DNA of 62,664 nt, the filler included, from Choristocarpus tenellus KU-1152 (lineage: Eukaryota; Protista; Phaeophyceae), in NCBI GenBank assembly GCA_964200185.2. It is 12 parts of 12 records of this genome, joined end to end, with 100 filler letters (N's around TTAATTAATTAA, not from the genome) between each part and the next. Parts side by side here need not be neighbours in the genome. Positions count along the whole stretch, not along the records: positions 37,793 to 40,828 come from CAXNAD020022782.1; positions 40,929 to 52,776 come from CAXNAD020002104.1; positions 52,877 to 55,638 come from CAXNAD020024963.1; 9 more parts are not named here. One strand, written 5' to 3'. The number at the start of each line of letters is the position of its first letter. The first letter of the stretch is position 1. The notes beneath the pieces were generated by a model. It was not told where the DNA came from and did no database searches. It was given only the letters and a program-made list of their open reading frames with translations. Positions 40,431 to 53,263 of the stretch are shown here, in pieces. The position numbers and the translations under genes were made by a program.

Positions 40431-41339
40431 GAAGAGGATCGGGACGGGGGGTGAGGAGGGCGGGGGGGAGAGGCGGGGGGGGCGCACACGTTGTCAAATG
40501 AAAGATTGACCAACGGCAAACAGAGGATACAGGAGTGTTGTTCTTCACGATGCCTCGTTCGTCAAGTAGCTAGTTCAAGCAGGTTGTTCGTGTGTCTGTT
40601 GCACTCCCGGTAACATGCTTACCAGCGTTGGTGCCCATGCTTGCTTCAGGTGACATGCACAGTTTCTCGCGGTGGCGGGGGGAGGAGTGGTACAACGAAT
40701 GAGCAGCAAATTGAAAAAGCTTATATTTTCTATTTTTTAATGTGCTGGAAGATTTCTTTGTTACTACATGAGCCAAAGTATCTTAGAGGGTAGAGCTGCG
40801 TCCATTTGGGGGTCGAAATGTAATGTTGNNNNNNNNNNNNNNNNNNNNNNNNNNNNNNNNNNNNNNNNNNNNTTAATTAATTAANNNNNNNNNNNNNNNN
40901 NNNNNNNNNNNNNNNNNNNNNNNNNNNNGGTCATATCATTCCGTTTGATCTTGTTGGGACTACTTCCAAAGATGGAAATTATGTGTCTTTGGTCTCCTAC
41001 TAATGGTATGCAGATCCAGGCGTTAAACAGTCAATTTTTGAAATCGGCTGTTGTTACCAGCGACCAGACCTACAAGCAGACAACAGACGAACAGTTAAGT
41101 TATTGTTTACCCTGTTGGAACCATCGGTAGTGATGAAGCTGCTATCACTGGTGGTGCTGAAATCAGTCCAAGGACTCAGAAACCTTGAAGTTGTTGTTGA
41201 GAATACAACCACCAACTGGTTTATGATAAGGATCTCAGGTAGGTCAGAGGTGTATCACTTGAGCTTGAATGCTCAAGGAAGGCTGAAGTGCTCAAGTTGA
41301 TTGCTTTAATAATACGGTTGTATGATAACATGGACAATC

Positions 41340-41780
41340 CGTCAGGTTAGTTATCGTGTGAAGCTCCACTCTCATCACACCCACAAAATCCTCCCCCTCT
41401 ATGTAGGATTCCACAAACAATCGAGAATGTACTGATCATTGCATGTCCTGTCCTGGAAGGATATCCTTGTGAAGACTTGAGTGTGTAGATTGAGGTAACA
41501 TTGTGCACGTAGAGGCTCCTATTTGCTGGGTCAGTTGCATGCCTGGGGGATGAGATACTTTCCAAGGTGTTTGTTGATGTTTGGGGGAGTTTGCAACTGG
41601 AAAACAGGATGCAAGATGGATACGCCTTCAAGGCAACCTTGAGGAAGTTTGAGATTTTACGCCTGAGGATTGGAGCAACAGGAAGGCCAATAATCAACAG
41701 AAGGAGTGGTACAAGAGTGTTGCTGACAGCAAAACGAGCTTTGTGCCTGAGTTGCATTCCAAGAAACTGTGATAGCTAAT
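41340..41780 (-). mobile_element. Degenerate RLE-type non-LTR retrotransposon remnant
   Basis: A Cys/His-rich segment followed by ..PRHATD..LYVHNVT..GHA..F...ESGA, resembling RP.D...DVT...E..G. Frames are broken. Confidence 0.3.
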
Positions 41781-42010
41781 GTGCACCATGCTAAAGTAAC
41801 AACCAAGGTCGCCCAACTCACTAACACCACCACCATTAAGTTGACTATAAAATACTGATACCCATTGTATTCTCTAATTTGGGTTGATGTTACTGCACCC
41901 ATTGCTCTTTTTTCTCCATCTCTCCCCCTCACATTATTTTTTTTTGTAGTGCTTTTTTTATCTCTTGGTTTTCGTTTTGCTTTTCTTATTACTTTTTTTA
42001 TCGTTTCACT

Positions 42011-42271
42011 TACCCAGAGCATTTAAGAGGGTAGGGTCACGTCTGTCCAGGATCATAAATCCAATGCTGCGATTTTGATTCATTTTGGGCTTCCGTTTGT
42101 TAACATGAGTCAATACCCTTGCTCCGGACAAACCTTACGTAGTTTTATACATTTTAGGTATCTATCTGCCTTCACACAGAAAACCAAAAAAGAGCATAAA
42201 AAATCCGTGGGAAGCTAAGCCCCGAACGGACAAACAGGGCAAAACTCGTACCCTCTTAAATGCTTTGACCC
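42011..42271 (+). mobile_element. MITE family B, diverged copy
   Basis: CAGAGCATTTAAGAGGGTA ... TACCCTCTTAAATGCTTTGACCC. Confidence 0.8.
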
Positions 42272-42404
42272 GCTTTTTTTATGGCCACTGTTGCATTTTG
42301 TTTTTTCAACCTGTGTATTATGTATTGTGTATTGTATATTGCCTTCTTTGGATTCCTTATCACAAATCCCTGAGACTAATAAAAATGTGACGACAAACAA
42401 TAGA

Positions 42405-42587
42405 GATCCAAAGTATCTGGGGGGGAGGGGGGGTCTACACCAGGGTGTCCCTTTTTGGGTCATAACCAGGAAAAGTGCACTTACATTATTCTTTTGGCGT
42501 ACACAACTAAATCAACAAAAAATCGCGACATTGAAAAATTGGCCTCAAATGGACAGCCGTCACCCCCCCCCCCAGATACTTTGAACC
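42405..42587. mobile_element. MITE family A, full copy
   Basis: aga|GATCCAAAGTATCTGG...CCAGATACTTTGAACC|aga. Confidence 0.88.
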
Positions 42588-44826
42588 AGATGAAAAACTA
42601 CATACCATTCTATTGCCATGGATCAAGCAACACACATTTTATTGTGATTTTGCTCAGGAAGACCAAGAGCATGTGGACCATCCAGTTTGGAGGCCTTCCG
42701 GGTTCCAATATTTTCTGACATGTCCAGATCATGTCTATCCCCCCCAGGTAGGAAGTACAGTAATGATTGTACTGGTTTGGTCTTAGGGCTCGACAGGTCT
42801 AACTAACCCCAGGGTGGCTCAAGTCCAATTGCATTGAGGTGGTCATGAAATATTGGGAGACATGGAGTGTCGAAGGAAGACAGTAAGACAAATGTTGTCT
42901 TACTGTGCGTTTACCTTGCATTGATGAATCGGGAGCACATGAAGAATGACAAGGAATATGCTGAGGAGGTTATGGAGTGGAATGATGACAACATACTGTT
43001 GTGGTTAGGGTCATTCAGTGAGGGCAAAAAGAGGACAATAATAACAGGATGTCCATCTCATGCTGCCTAAAATATACAGTATGGGATGTCCAAAAAATGG
43101 GACATAGACACATGTTCTCCAAGTGCTGGAGGATGCACATAGTACATTATACACATAATACGTTATACACCACAAACATATGGACCAAAAGACATTAATT
43201 CGTTCCTATATTTTTTTGTTAACATTTTTATGGCTAGTGCCTGGCACTTACCATTGCTGCCAGTTGTCAGGGTGGACAAAGAACAAACAAAAGAACACAA
43301 CAAATATAACCAACAGTCTGTATCGCTTACAGCAAAGACTTTCTTTCCTCTAAGGCACTTTGATAACATACAAGATAGTTCTTGTATTGTGCTTGAAGTA
43401 CTAAGTATTTATTGTCATCTGGTACAAAAAACAGAGGCATGCTTTGTAGTGATGCCCTGTTGGGGCCCTAGATCATGATAGAACTATGAATATGGTCACT
43501 AAATAAAGGGAGAATCACAGGAGTAGGTCAGGTCGAATTAGATTGTGTCCTCAAAATATATAGGCAATCAAATATCACCATTGAAATATTTCCAATACCT
43601 CAATACAGTGGTAAAGAATGGCACACAAGGCACACAAGGCAAAAGTTCATTAGCCAGCAGTAAAGGGTGGTAATAGCCACTTGACATCTTTGTTGTAGAG
43701 TGCTCACCATTGACAGCTTGTGGTGCAGTGGATAGATACTAAGAGAAACACTTTTTTTTCATGTAACCTAAACTTTGGTCTTGTAAAACATTTTTTTTTT
43801 AAAGGGTACAGAAACTGTAATTCTGGTTATTTCCACCAATACAAATACCTGTATCTCTATAATCATATCAAGCCCTGGTTACCTTTCCGCTCATCCAAAT
43901 TCTATGGCACACCTTCAGAGGAAACTAAGCAAAAGGTGGGTGGTACAATCTTGAAAACACATATCGAATAGAGGGTCAGCCATGGTAATGGCAACACATA
44001 TTTGAATTAGGTAGGGCAGGTACTCTTTAAAGTTACCTTGTGCCGTTGCTGGTGTATACCAACTAATAAATACTACTCTCCAAGATATACTTGGAGGTGG
44101 AGAAGGAGGTTGTACCAACTGTGACTTTACAAGTCAGTGCTGGCAACCTGTACACCACAATTTCATGTGCAGTCACAATGAGTGAGTACAATGCACCACA
44201 GACACAATACAAGAAAAAGCAGGGTGGTATTGGTTTCTTGATATTCATATTTTGAAATAAAAAAACAATTTGAGAGAAGGTACATTAGCCCTTCGAAAAT
44301 CAATGAATCTAGATCGTTTTATATACCTACCTGTGCTCAACAAAAAATGTCCTGGGGTCCTTGATAATGCCAAATACAGTGGTTGACCAAGGAGCACAAT
44401 CTCCAGTTGTAAATACAATGAAATACAACAATACAAGCATCTATTCTGCACAGCACAAAAGGAAGGTAAAGAAATTACAGCCAGGCGGTGCCACCAGGCT
44501 GGCTATAAGTAGTTGCCTTTGCAGGATCGTTTTCAAGAAAACATTCAGCATGTGACACCTGATTGAAATATGACAACACACAACATATCGGCAGACAAGG
44601 AGAGAGAAAAAAAAGGACAGGAAAAGGATGTTACTTGTGACGTGTAACTCTCAATGTACCATAATAGTACCATAATAGTACCATAATAGTACCATAATAG
44701 TACCGTAATAGTACTCATGTTGACACCCAAGTGTGGCTTTCTCGATAATGACTGTTACCTCTGTACATCCTGTACACTGTATACAATGTCAGGAACCAAC
44801 AACACTCTAGAGTAAGGAGAGCATAC

Positions 44827-46704
44827 CTCATGTGCAAGGCTGTCCTTTCCACGCATCCTGGCATCTGCCACAACTTCAGGTGTCAGGAATGGTGTTGGAG
44901 GCCCCCTACTGGTCCCAACTCGAGTGAGCTCTGGCAAGTTTGTAGGCGGTTCATCCTCTCCTCCAGCTAGACCGTCACTGTCCACTTCCATTTCAGCATC
45001 GTCCACAACAGGAAATTCAGCTGGACTCTTCCCTTCCAGCTGAAACGCGTCAGTATCCTCCCATGAACTGGAACTGTTAATCTCTCCTCCCTCATTCACA
45101 TTAATATTCTCAGTTCCGATTGAGCAATGCTGAGAATACAACCTCCCTTCCTCATTCAGATTGCTATCGCCTGTATGCATGGCGTATGTCTTCTCTGTGG
45201 GTTTGTTACTCCCTTGTTCTGTTAGCCCCACAGGAGGGGGAGAATTGTAAAGGATAAGTGCCTGTGAGGGACTTTGTGAAGCCTCAGTCTTCATCTCAGT
45301 CTTCATCTCAGTCTCGCTGTGAGTATCAATCTGTAATTTTAGGCGTGAGCGGCGTATCCAACCCTCGAGCACTTGATCTACCTTGCACAGTGATGGTCGC
45401 CTGAAAGGGTGAGCCTCTGGCTGATAGGTATCAGTGGAAGTGGGTGAGGTGGAATCATCGTTCTGAAGAGACCCTGGCCCAGACACGTGAGTATCACTAC
45501 TTTCTCCATCTCCAGTATGGCCTATTCTTGTGGAGTCTGAAATTTCATCCATGCTGTCCTCTTTATAGGGGTGAGTATTAGTGGGGGTGGGTGGGCAGGG
45601 TATGTATATTTCATTATTTACAATCATGTAGTGAGCCAAACGAAGTGGAATAATAGGAAGCACACCCTAAGTCGGTGACCGAGAGGTATTTACGAAGTTG
45701 ACCCTGGGACGGTACCTGAATATGATGTGCCTTCCATTTTTGGTGTTTACAGTCTGAGCTATATCAAAACAGTTCTAAAGAAATAGCCAGGGCACTCCAA
45801 TGTCGAGATTGACTCATCTTAAATGGCTAAATTTGCCACTCACATTGCCAATGACACTGTGCGAAAGAACTTCGCCGGAGCAAAAAAATAGTAGTAGTTG
45901 TGAACCACAAATACACAGGCACCACTAAGATATCCACCTGTATAACGCATAGCATTATACCATCGTTTCGGTGATTACCCTTACCAGGTAGAAGGCCAGC
46001 AAAGAACAGTCTCGTTTGTGTAACAAAATAACTCATTCCACATTTCATTGCATGAAGGCTGACACCCCTATCACTAAGGCGAAGACTACCAGTGCACACT
46101 CGTAGAAGGTGTGAGCCTACATTGAGTTCAAGACGTGGAGAGGCTACAAAAAGGTCCCCCAAGTCTTGGTCGGATGAGCATTATCGGCAAGGAGAAAAAA
46201 AAATCAGCAACATTGCCAAGTCCTGGTTCAGCCCATTGAAGTCTTAGGACTCACGGGCACAAGTTTCTCACATCCTCTCTCCTCTCACCTCCGGCATACG
46301 ATCTGGTTTATTGCATTACGGACTTTCCTTCAACTAAATTGTCAATACTTACAGGATAGCTGCACAAGATAGCCTCATAACATCTTCAGTGAACCATGAC
46401 TGACCTGAGGTGGTATCCAAGGTACGCATAGACTCCGCTGTGGTCTCCCCTGAGGGTTGAGATCCCGCCACTTTCGTAGTGATGCACATCTTAACGAAGT
46501 TCTCCGTCAGGAAGCGTTTAGTCTCTCGATATTCCTCGGCCTGAGAACCAAGCAAACGAACGCGACAAAGGTCAAATTGCTTACAAAGGTGAAATTTGCC
46601 ACCAACCACTATTTAAGCCCCTCGCTCACCGCCAATAAACGCTTCCTGTGACCACCACGGTCTCGATTCTGAGCAATTTCATTGAGGTTATTAGGGAAGT
46701 CCAT
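44827..46704 (-). CDS. Hypothetical, largely disordered protein. Exons 46704-46630, 46540-46405, 45560-~44827 (3' end uncertain)
   Basis: ATG GAC TTC CCT... with in-phase GTGAG and GTCAG donors gives MDFPNNLNEIAQNRDRGGHRKRLLA|AEEYRETKRFLTENFVKMCI...|EDSMDEIS.... Confidence 0.65.
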
Positions 46705-46889
46705 GAATGGAGTTGGGTGACTGAAGGTCAATGAGTCGTTAACTAGTGTATATTACTACTACTGTACAATGTCAACACAAACTAAAGTAACTATGTGTCG
46801 TTCGTTCTACAACGCGCGCCTGTTTGCGCGGGAATGGGTCTTCCTTTTATCACAAGAAACAAATAACATGTGAACCGTACAAGTTTTAA

Positions 46890-49800
46890 ATGGTGTCTAA
46901 GTTAGGAAGGGCGCCACATAGCCTGGTGCTTGGCCTCCTGGGAACAGGGAAGACCCGTCTTCTTAAGCGAGAGCTTCTCAATGCTACTGAGAATGCAAGC
47001 AGGGGTGTGGGCGAAGTACAGTGGGAAGGAGGTGGAATCCTGGCCCTGGTTGAAGGCCAAGCCGCAAAGAATGTAATTGAGGCTGCGGTGGACCTGGAAC
47101 GCCCTCTCGGTTGCTCTCGTTGCACTGTACTAACGTTTTCATCTCTCCTACGCTCGATAGTACATGAATATGGACCGGAGGTCGGGAGGTACGATGAGAC
47201 AGATAGGCAATACCGTGACAGGAGTAGCATTGGAATTTTCTTGCACAGGCACCTTGAATCCTTACCGTTGGGGAGATATAAGCCAAAGCATGCCCCAGAG
47301 GTCGCGGTAAGATCCCTCCTTGACCTATTTGATGGGCTTGCTCACTGCGGTGTGACTCCGCAGGACTACCTCGAATATGTCCAGGCCCTCGATGCCGACC
47401 TTAAGAGTCAAGGCGGTGTTGGGATGGGCGCTGCTGCAACAGAGGAGGAGTCCGCTGCGTGGAGGGAGCATGTAGCTGGAGAAAGGGACAAGGCAAAGTC
47501 CTACGACAAATTTGTCTCACTCAAGCGTGAAGCAAGCATTCTCGACTACTCTGACCAGCTTCTCCTGGCACGACAGGTTCTCACTGAGAGCACCACAGCA
47601 AGGACTGCACTCTCGGCTCGCTATTCACACTTGTTTGTTGACGACCTACACACCTACTCTCCCGCAATGATGAATGTGCTTACTTCAATGGCATCGTCGG
47701 TAGAACGAATTACTGCAACTGCGGATCCTTACCTGGAGAAACAGTTCTTGGGACAAAAGAGACCGAGTGCTCTTGGACCGAAGCTTGCCCCAATTGCATT
47801 GTTTCGACAGGCATTTCCTGACGCTGATGTACGGACCCTGGAGGTTAACCACCGGAGTAGCTCTGCAGTGCAGCGGTCCATGTTGAGCTTGCAACCAAGG
47901 CAGGTGCCATTGGATATGAAAAGGAGTATCTCTGAGGGACGGAGCTTCAATAGCGACTTGGAGAGATGTAATTCTCACCTAGAGGAAGTAAAGATAAATG
48001 CTGACTGTGGTGGAACAGTGACATACTTGTCGTTTAATGATGAATCTCAGGAGCTGGGAGAAATTACAAAAAAAGTACACGAGCTGGTTGCTGACAGTGT
48101 GAGCCCTGGGGATATTGGTGTGGCAGTTGACAGTAGGAAGACGAAAGATGTGGTGGTGGCCACATTACAAGCAGCAGAGATACCTGTGGAGGGAATAGGA
48201 CAGTTTAATAATGTGTTCGACAATCTGACCATACGAATGCTGATGTCATTTCTTCGGTGCCTTCTTTATCCCTCAGAATCCCCCCCAATGCTGCATTTGC
48301 TCACAACATGCCCAGCATACAAGCTCCCTGGTGGAGAATTGGCAGTCACCCTCGAGGGCCACCTGTCGAGATATGTCCCCTTGCGCTCATTCTTAAGAGA
48401 TCTAACCCTGGCGGAAGGTGATGCTATTGGGCAAGAGGAAACAGTATCTCCACATGCTCGAGCTGTGGCAGGAAAGTTTCTTTCAGATATAGGTCACTTT
48501 GTGGATTCAGCTAAAACAAGAGGGGTAAGGGAAGTGATCGTTGATTTCCTGCGCCACACAGGCCAGCTGAAAGCCTTGGAGAAACCAAATACAGTGGAGG
48601 AGGAAGTTGAGGCAGCCGCAGTGGCAAAGTTCTTTGAGGTCATGGCCATGGCAGAAGCAGAGGTGAGTATTGTCCAAAATCAGGGCATTGATGTGGCATG
48701 AGGGGCACTTTAAGGTGACTTTGGTCAGAGATATACGTTCCACAGTTGGTCATGGCAATAAGTGTATATATAAATATTTTACCCCTTGCATGATCTCATC
48801 AACTGCTACCTATTTTTTGCTTATATGTTAGCCACAATGGCTACAATCTTGTCGTGAGTTGTGTGTGCTAGGTACTGGAGTCTGTGTTAACTTCACTTCT
48901 TTAATAGGACTCCGTTGGAAGGGCCTTACCAACAACTTGTTTGCTTGTCGATGATGGTGTTGTTGTGTTATCCTTGCTGGTTTTCAAAGATAAAGAGATG
49001 CTTGCTCTATACTATACGAACAGGTCAAGGGAGATTTTCCTATTTAGTAGATGTTGACCAGTCGTTTGAATTGGTTCAGATCGATTTGTCGACATTTTTG
49101 CCTGCAGCCTTCACTGACCTGCATTATAGATCGGCTGAGAAATTCGTACCCAATCAACAGGTGGGAGATAGCAGAATTGTGGCCGTTGAACCTGTACTAT
49201 GCCTCTACCGCAAGCATGGAATTGGAAGAATGCCTCCTTCACAGCAAAACTCTTACGGTCCTCCACCTGCAGCCATGGGCAACACACCTGCTAACGCTGT
49301 GCAGGTTTTCTCTATGCGTGAGGCTCTAGAGATATGTACAGAGTCCTCATTTCACACTGTGTTCATTCCCCACTTTACAAAATCCCGCTACCCTGGAAGG
49401 CTGCTATCTGCCCGCCTACCTGTCCCAGGGTCATTCCGGGGGATGCCTGAGGGCCAAGACAAGGCATCTCTTAGGGAGGCACATAGCATGAACCGGGTAT
49501 CTCATGAAAACCGTTGTCGCACAGAGCTCTATGCAGCGGTGGGCTGTGCAAGGACTAACGTTGTATTCAGTGTTGCTAGTCAAGTACTTCGTGGGCGATC
49601 CTCGCTGAATCCAAGTCCTATGCTCCCTCAGGAGGGACTCACAAAAGAGGGGAATAAAGTATCATTGAGCACACTTGTTTCCTCAAAACCAATGCATGAG
49701 GACTCTCCAGCACAAGATCTTCTCATTGCAGAATCTTCTGCCCTCCGGACTGTGGATGTGATGGACACCAGTCAGGTAGAACCACTGTCTCTCTCCTTCT

Positions 49801-50627
49801 CATCCATTAGCACATACTTGAGATGCCCCTACAGCTTCTACCTGGAATATGTTCTTCATGTGTGCTCCCCTCCAACACCACTGATGGTGTATGGTAGGGC
49901 GATGCATGAGGCAGTGGCTATGTGCCTGCGGCAATATCATAGCGGTGCTTCACCAACTTTGCAGGCCATGGCAGATGTGTTTCGACTCAACTTCAGTGGA
50001 TGTGCGTTTGACTCTGCTGCACAGATTGAGGATATGTCAGACCGAGGCATTCAAGGCTTGGAGTGTTTCCTGATTAGGCTACTTACACAAAATAGTGTTC
50101 CAGGGACATTATTGAGTGATGATAATGGGGGTGCACACTGTGATGATTTTACCCGCCTCCTGGTTGAGCACAAGTTCAAGGTTGATATTCCAGAGGTAGG
50201 GGTCACGCTGTCAGGAATTTTTGATAGGATTGACATGACACCAACCAATGTTGGCAATTGTAAAGGTATGCCACCTAGCTATGTGAGGGTTACAGACTAC
50301 AAGTCAAACGTGGGTAAGAAGAACCCTCAGAAAATGGTCAAGGATAGCCTCCAGTTACAACTGTATTCACTTGGGGCCCAACGTCTATTTGATGCGATAC
50401 CAACAGAGATTGCCATTGAGTCCATAGAAGACGGCCAAGAGGGAGTTGCAAACCCATCTCCAGATGATTTGGATATTGCCTTGGAGGCTATATCTGAGGT
50501 AGCAACTGGGGTGCGCAAAGGACAGTTTGATGCCACACCATCTTTTACGGCTTGCATGTTCTGTGGTTTTAAGCATACCTGTCAGCATTCAGCATCAAGA
50601 TACTGTTGCATGACCTTGAAGGTATGA
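46890..50627 (+). CDS. UvrD/REP-like (SF1A) helicase fused to a PD-(D/E)xK nuclease with four-Cys Fe-S staple (AdnA/AddB-like). Exons 46890-48662 and 49161-50627
   Basis: GLLGTGKT, LDYSDQL, LFVDDLH and LEVNHRSS in the motor. LSFSSISTYLRCP..YL, GRAMH, VEHKF, GIFDRID, VTDYKS, QLQLY and CMFCGFKHTC in the nuclease. Phase-0 intron GAG|GTGAG...CAG|GTG. Confidence 0.85.
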
Positions 50628-51439
50628 TCGCTTTATTTTGCTTATCTCATTACAGTGTCTCTCATTTAATCACACAGTGTTGTCCTCAGGAGTTTGAGGT
50701 TTTCAAATGGTATTCTGCAATTTATCGTGAACTTCACGAGAGCTGTGAACCTGTAACTACCAAAGTCCATACCTGTTGTTTGCTATATGCAAGGATGTAC
50801 TTTGTACTACTGTTTGTCATTTGTAGTCCAAAGTTAGTCAGTCCATCCGAACAGGTTCAATTGGGGACGATACTGCTCCTCCCACAAAATGAAAATTGTG
50901 ACAGATAAGGAAGTTGAACCAAAAAATTCAACAGTGTCTTCCACGTCAGGTGTGTTGAAATGTGTACAGCATGAATTGGTTGTTACTGCGTACTCCTTGT
51001 TAACCATCAATGCCTTCTGGAGTTTTTGTGTGTGTTGTTTCTGCAACCCACTGCTACACTTATTGTTTGTCCTGTCCATGACCGTACCACACCTTTACAT
51101 TCTTGAAAAGGGTCTAAAACCTTTTTTTAAGACTAACTTGCGTAGGATATTCAACAAGAAACTGAAGAGGACCTTGCCATCCACCTTGCTTCCTATATTA
51201 TCACACCATCGTGCACCTTCAACTATGGAGACAGTGCGGATCAGTTATGGTATTACAAAATTGTAAAGCATGGTAGCACATACACAAATCACAGCATGGG
51301 CATACTTTGGCACCTAAATATATACTCACGCAGTACATCGTACACTTTCTAGTTCACCTTGAACTAGCGTGAGTTTCCAAAACCTTTTTTTTAAGTCAAA
51401 GATTTTAGAGTACTGAATGATAGCAAGATTTCGACACTG

Positions 51440-51608
51440 AACAGCCGATTTCAAAAATTGAGGATGAAGCTTTTCATTGAGGATGGGCTTGACCCAAAAT
51501 TGACTGGGATAAAAAATAAAAAAAAGAAAAAAAAAAAAAAAACATATCGACACTTTATCCCAGTCAATTTTGGGTCAAGCCCATCCTCAATTTTTGAAAT
51601 CGGCTGTT
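51440..51608. mobile_element. Fold-back (palindromic) MITE-like element
   Basis: An arm of ~55 bp (AACAGCCGATTTCAAAAATTGAGGATG..GGCTTGACCCAAAATTGACTGGGATAAA) and its reverse complement flank an A-rich spacer. The same end is seen at 41031-41052. Confidence 0.75.
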
Positions 51609-52999
51609 ACTGGGAAGTAAATAAAGGAGTAACAATACTGTAATAATAATATATGATGGCTAGTAAAAAACATAGTGGACATGGTCTAGACAGATTGGAT
51701 GATCCGAGGTTGCATAGTTGCAGTTTCCTAAATGTATGCTCAGCGTGGGAAAAGCCTGTGACAACATGACTGAGTAATCACTCGCAAGGCATTTAGCTAC
51801 CTTTGAAGACAGGAGGCACCTTGCTTTTTCGTCCCTTCCTGGTTGCCAGAGTGTCCAACACCACACACATGCGTGTAGACTGTGCACGCACATCTACTTT
51901 CATTCCGACACGTTGCAGATATGAAGTACTGACTAGACACGCCATCACCTGATATGCTGAACTGGGCACTCTGCTGAAATTACTTCTTGGGCAGAGTTCC
52001 ATCACCAGGGAGACTAGCCATTACTAGCGCTGTTGCTATCACTGCTATTTTCACTACCAATATCATCGCTACCACTACTGATCAATACGATTCAGCCATC
52101 ATGTTCAATCACTGTCCCCTGGACTCTGGTATTCACTCCCTTTCTTTAGTTATTGAAAGTGAGTGACAGGTACGTGATAGGGGATACCCATGAAGGGGGG
52201 GTAGTTTCTGGGAGCGTTAGGACTACACATCCAGCCATCATTCTCTCTCATCATTAGTTTAACGTTATCATATAACAATTACATTGTGTGTTTGTGAGTG
52301 GGCTGGTTCTCTTTCAAGGGAATGATGATAGCTATCAGGAATCATTTTCTGGAAGGAAGTGAGAAAGAGGAGGGTAGATCGAGCCCCAATACCTCAGAAA
52401 ACTCCAATCAAGTGAAAGAGAACAGAACAGAAATCTCAGATCGGATACAGATGTCATGGACCTTCTGGAATAACATCAGCAACTGCAAATGACCAGCTAG
52501 GAAGGGGTGAACCTTAGCCCTGAACTGTCTTTCTTTACTGTTAATCCAGATCCTGATCTTGTATTTCTGGGTCGTTGACTGTTGACTATTGACTGTTGAC
52601 TCGAACAGCAACAACGGCAACAAAAGTGGAGGACCGTTATTTTTTATTATTTTTATGCCCTCTGACATTTTGCAGATGTGTCAGGGGGAAACACCAATGA
52701 AAACTATATACGTATGTGTATATAAAATGTCCTAAACATAAGAATACTATAAGATATTGCGTGGAAACCACTAATCNNNNNNNNNNNNNNNNNNNNNNNN
52801 NNNNNNNNNNNNNNNNNNNNTTAATTAATTAANNNNNNNNNNNNNNNNNNNNNNNNNNNNNNNNNNNNNNNNNNNNAAATTGTTCGTGCCAGGAACGGCC
52901 CTAATGCACGATGTTACTCATGTGTGTTCCCCCCTCCCCTCCCCTCCCCTCCCCTCCCCTCCCCCCCGCTCCTATTCCTCCTCCCCCCCAACTTGGTAG

Positions 53000-53263
53000 A
53001 TCGCAGTGGATCTCTGTATCCACTCCAACGGCAACTTCACAACACTTTCTCTGGATGACACAAGTGGGGAGCCAGACCCGGATGAGGAACATAGGATGGA
53101 GGTTGTAAAGAGTGTGGGAAAGAAATCTGAGAAGGAGAAGGGGGCCATTCCAGGAAAGGTTGAAGACGGAGATGATAGTGATGAGGAGAAGGAGGGAATG
53201 CCAGGAAAAGAAGAGGATGAAGATGATAGTGATGATGAGAAGGGAAACAAGAAACTGAATTAG
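53000..53263 (+). CDS. hslV: Probable last exon of HslV (ClpQ) protease subunit with an acidic C-terminal extension
   Basis: After a TAG acceptor it reads IAVDLCIHSNGNFTTLSL, matching the HslV C-terminal IA.D.C(I/V)YTN.N...E.L motif. Only one short exon is visible. Confidence 0.55.
   Translation: MAVDLCIHSNGNFTTLSLDDTSGEPDPDEEHRMEVVKSVGKKSEKEKGAIPGKVEDGDDSDEEKEGMPGKEEDEDDSDDEKGNKKLN

Noticed and set aside
37793-50627. MTase-like gene and helicase-nuclease as one restriction-modification-like cluster
   Set aside because: They are on different contigs separated by an artificial linker, so their proximity is uninformative.
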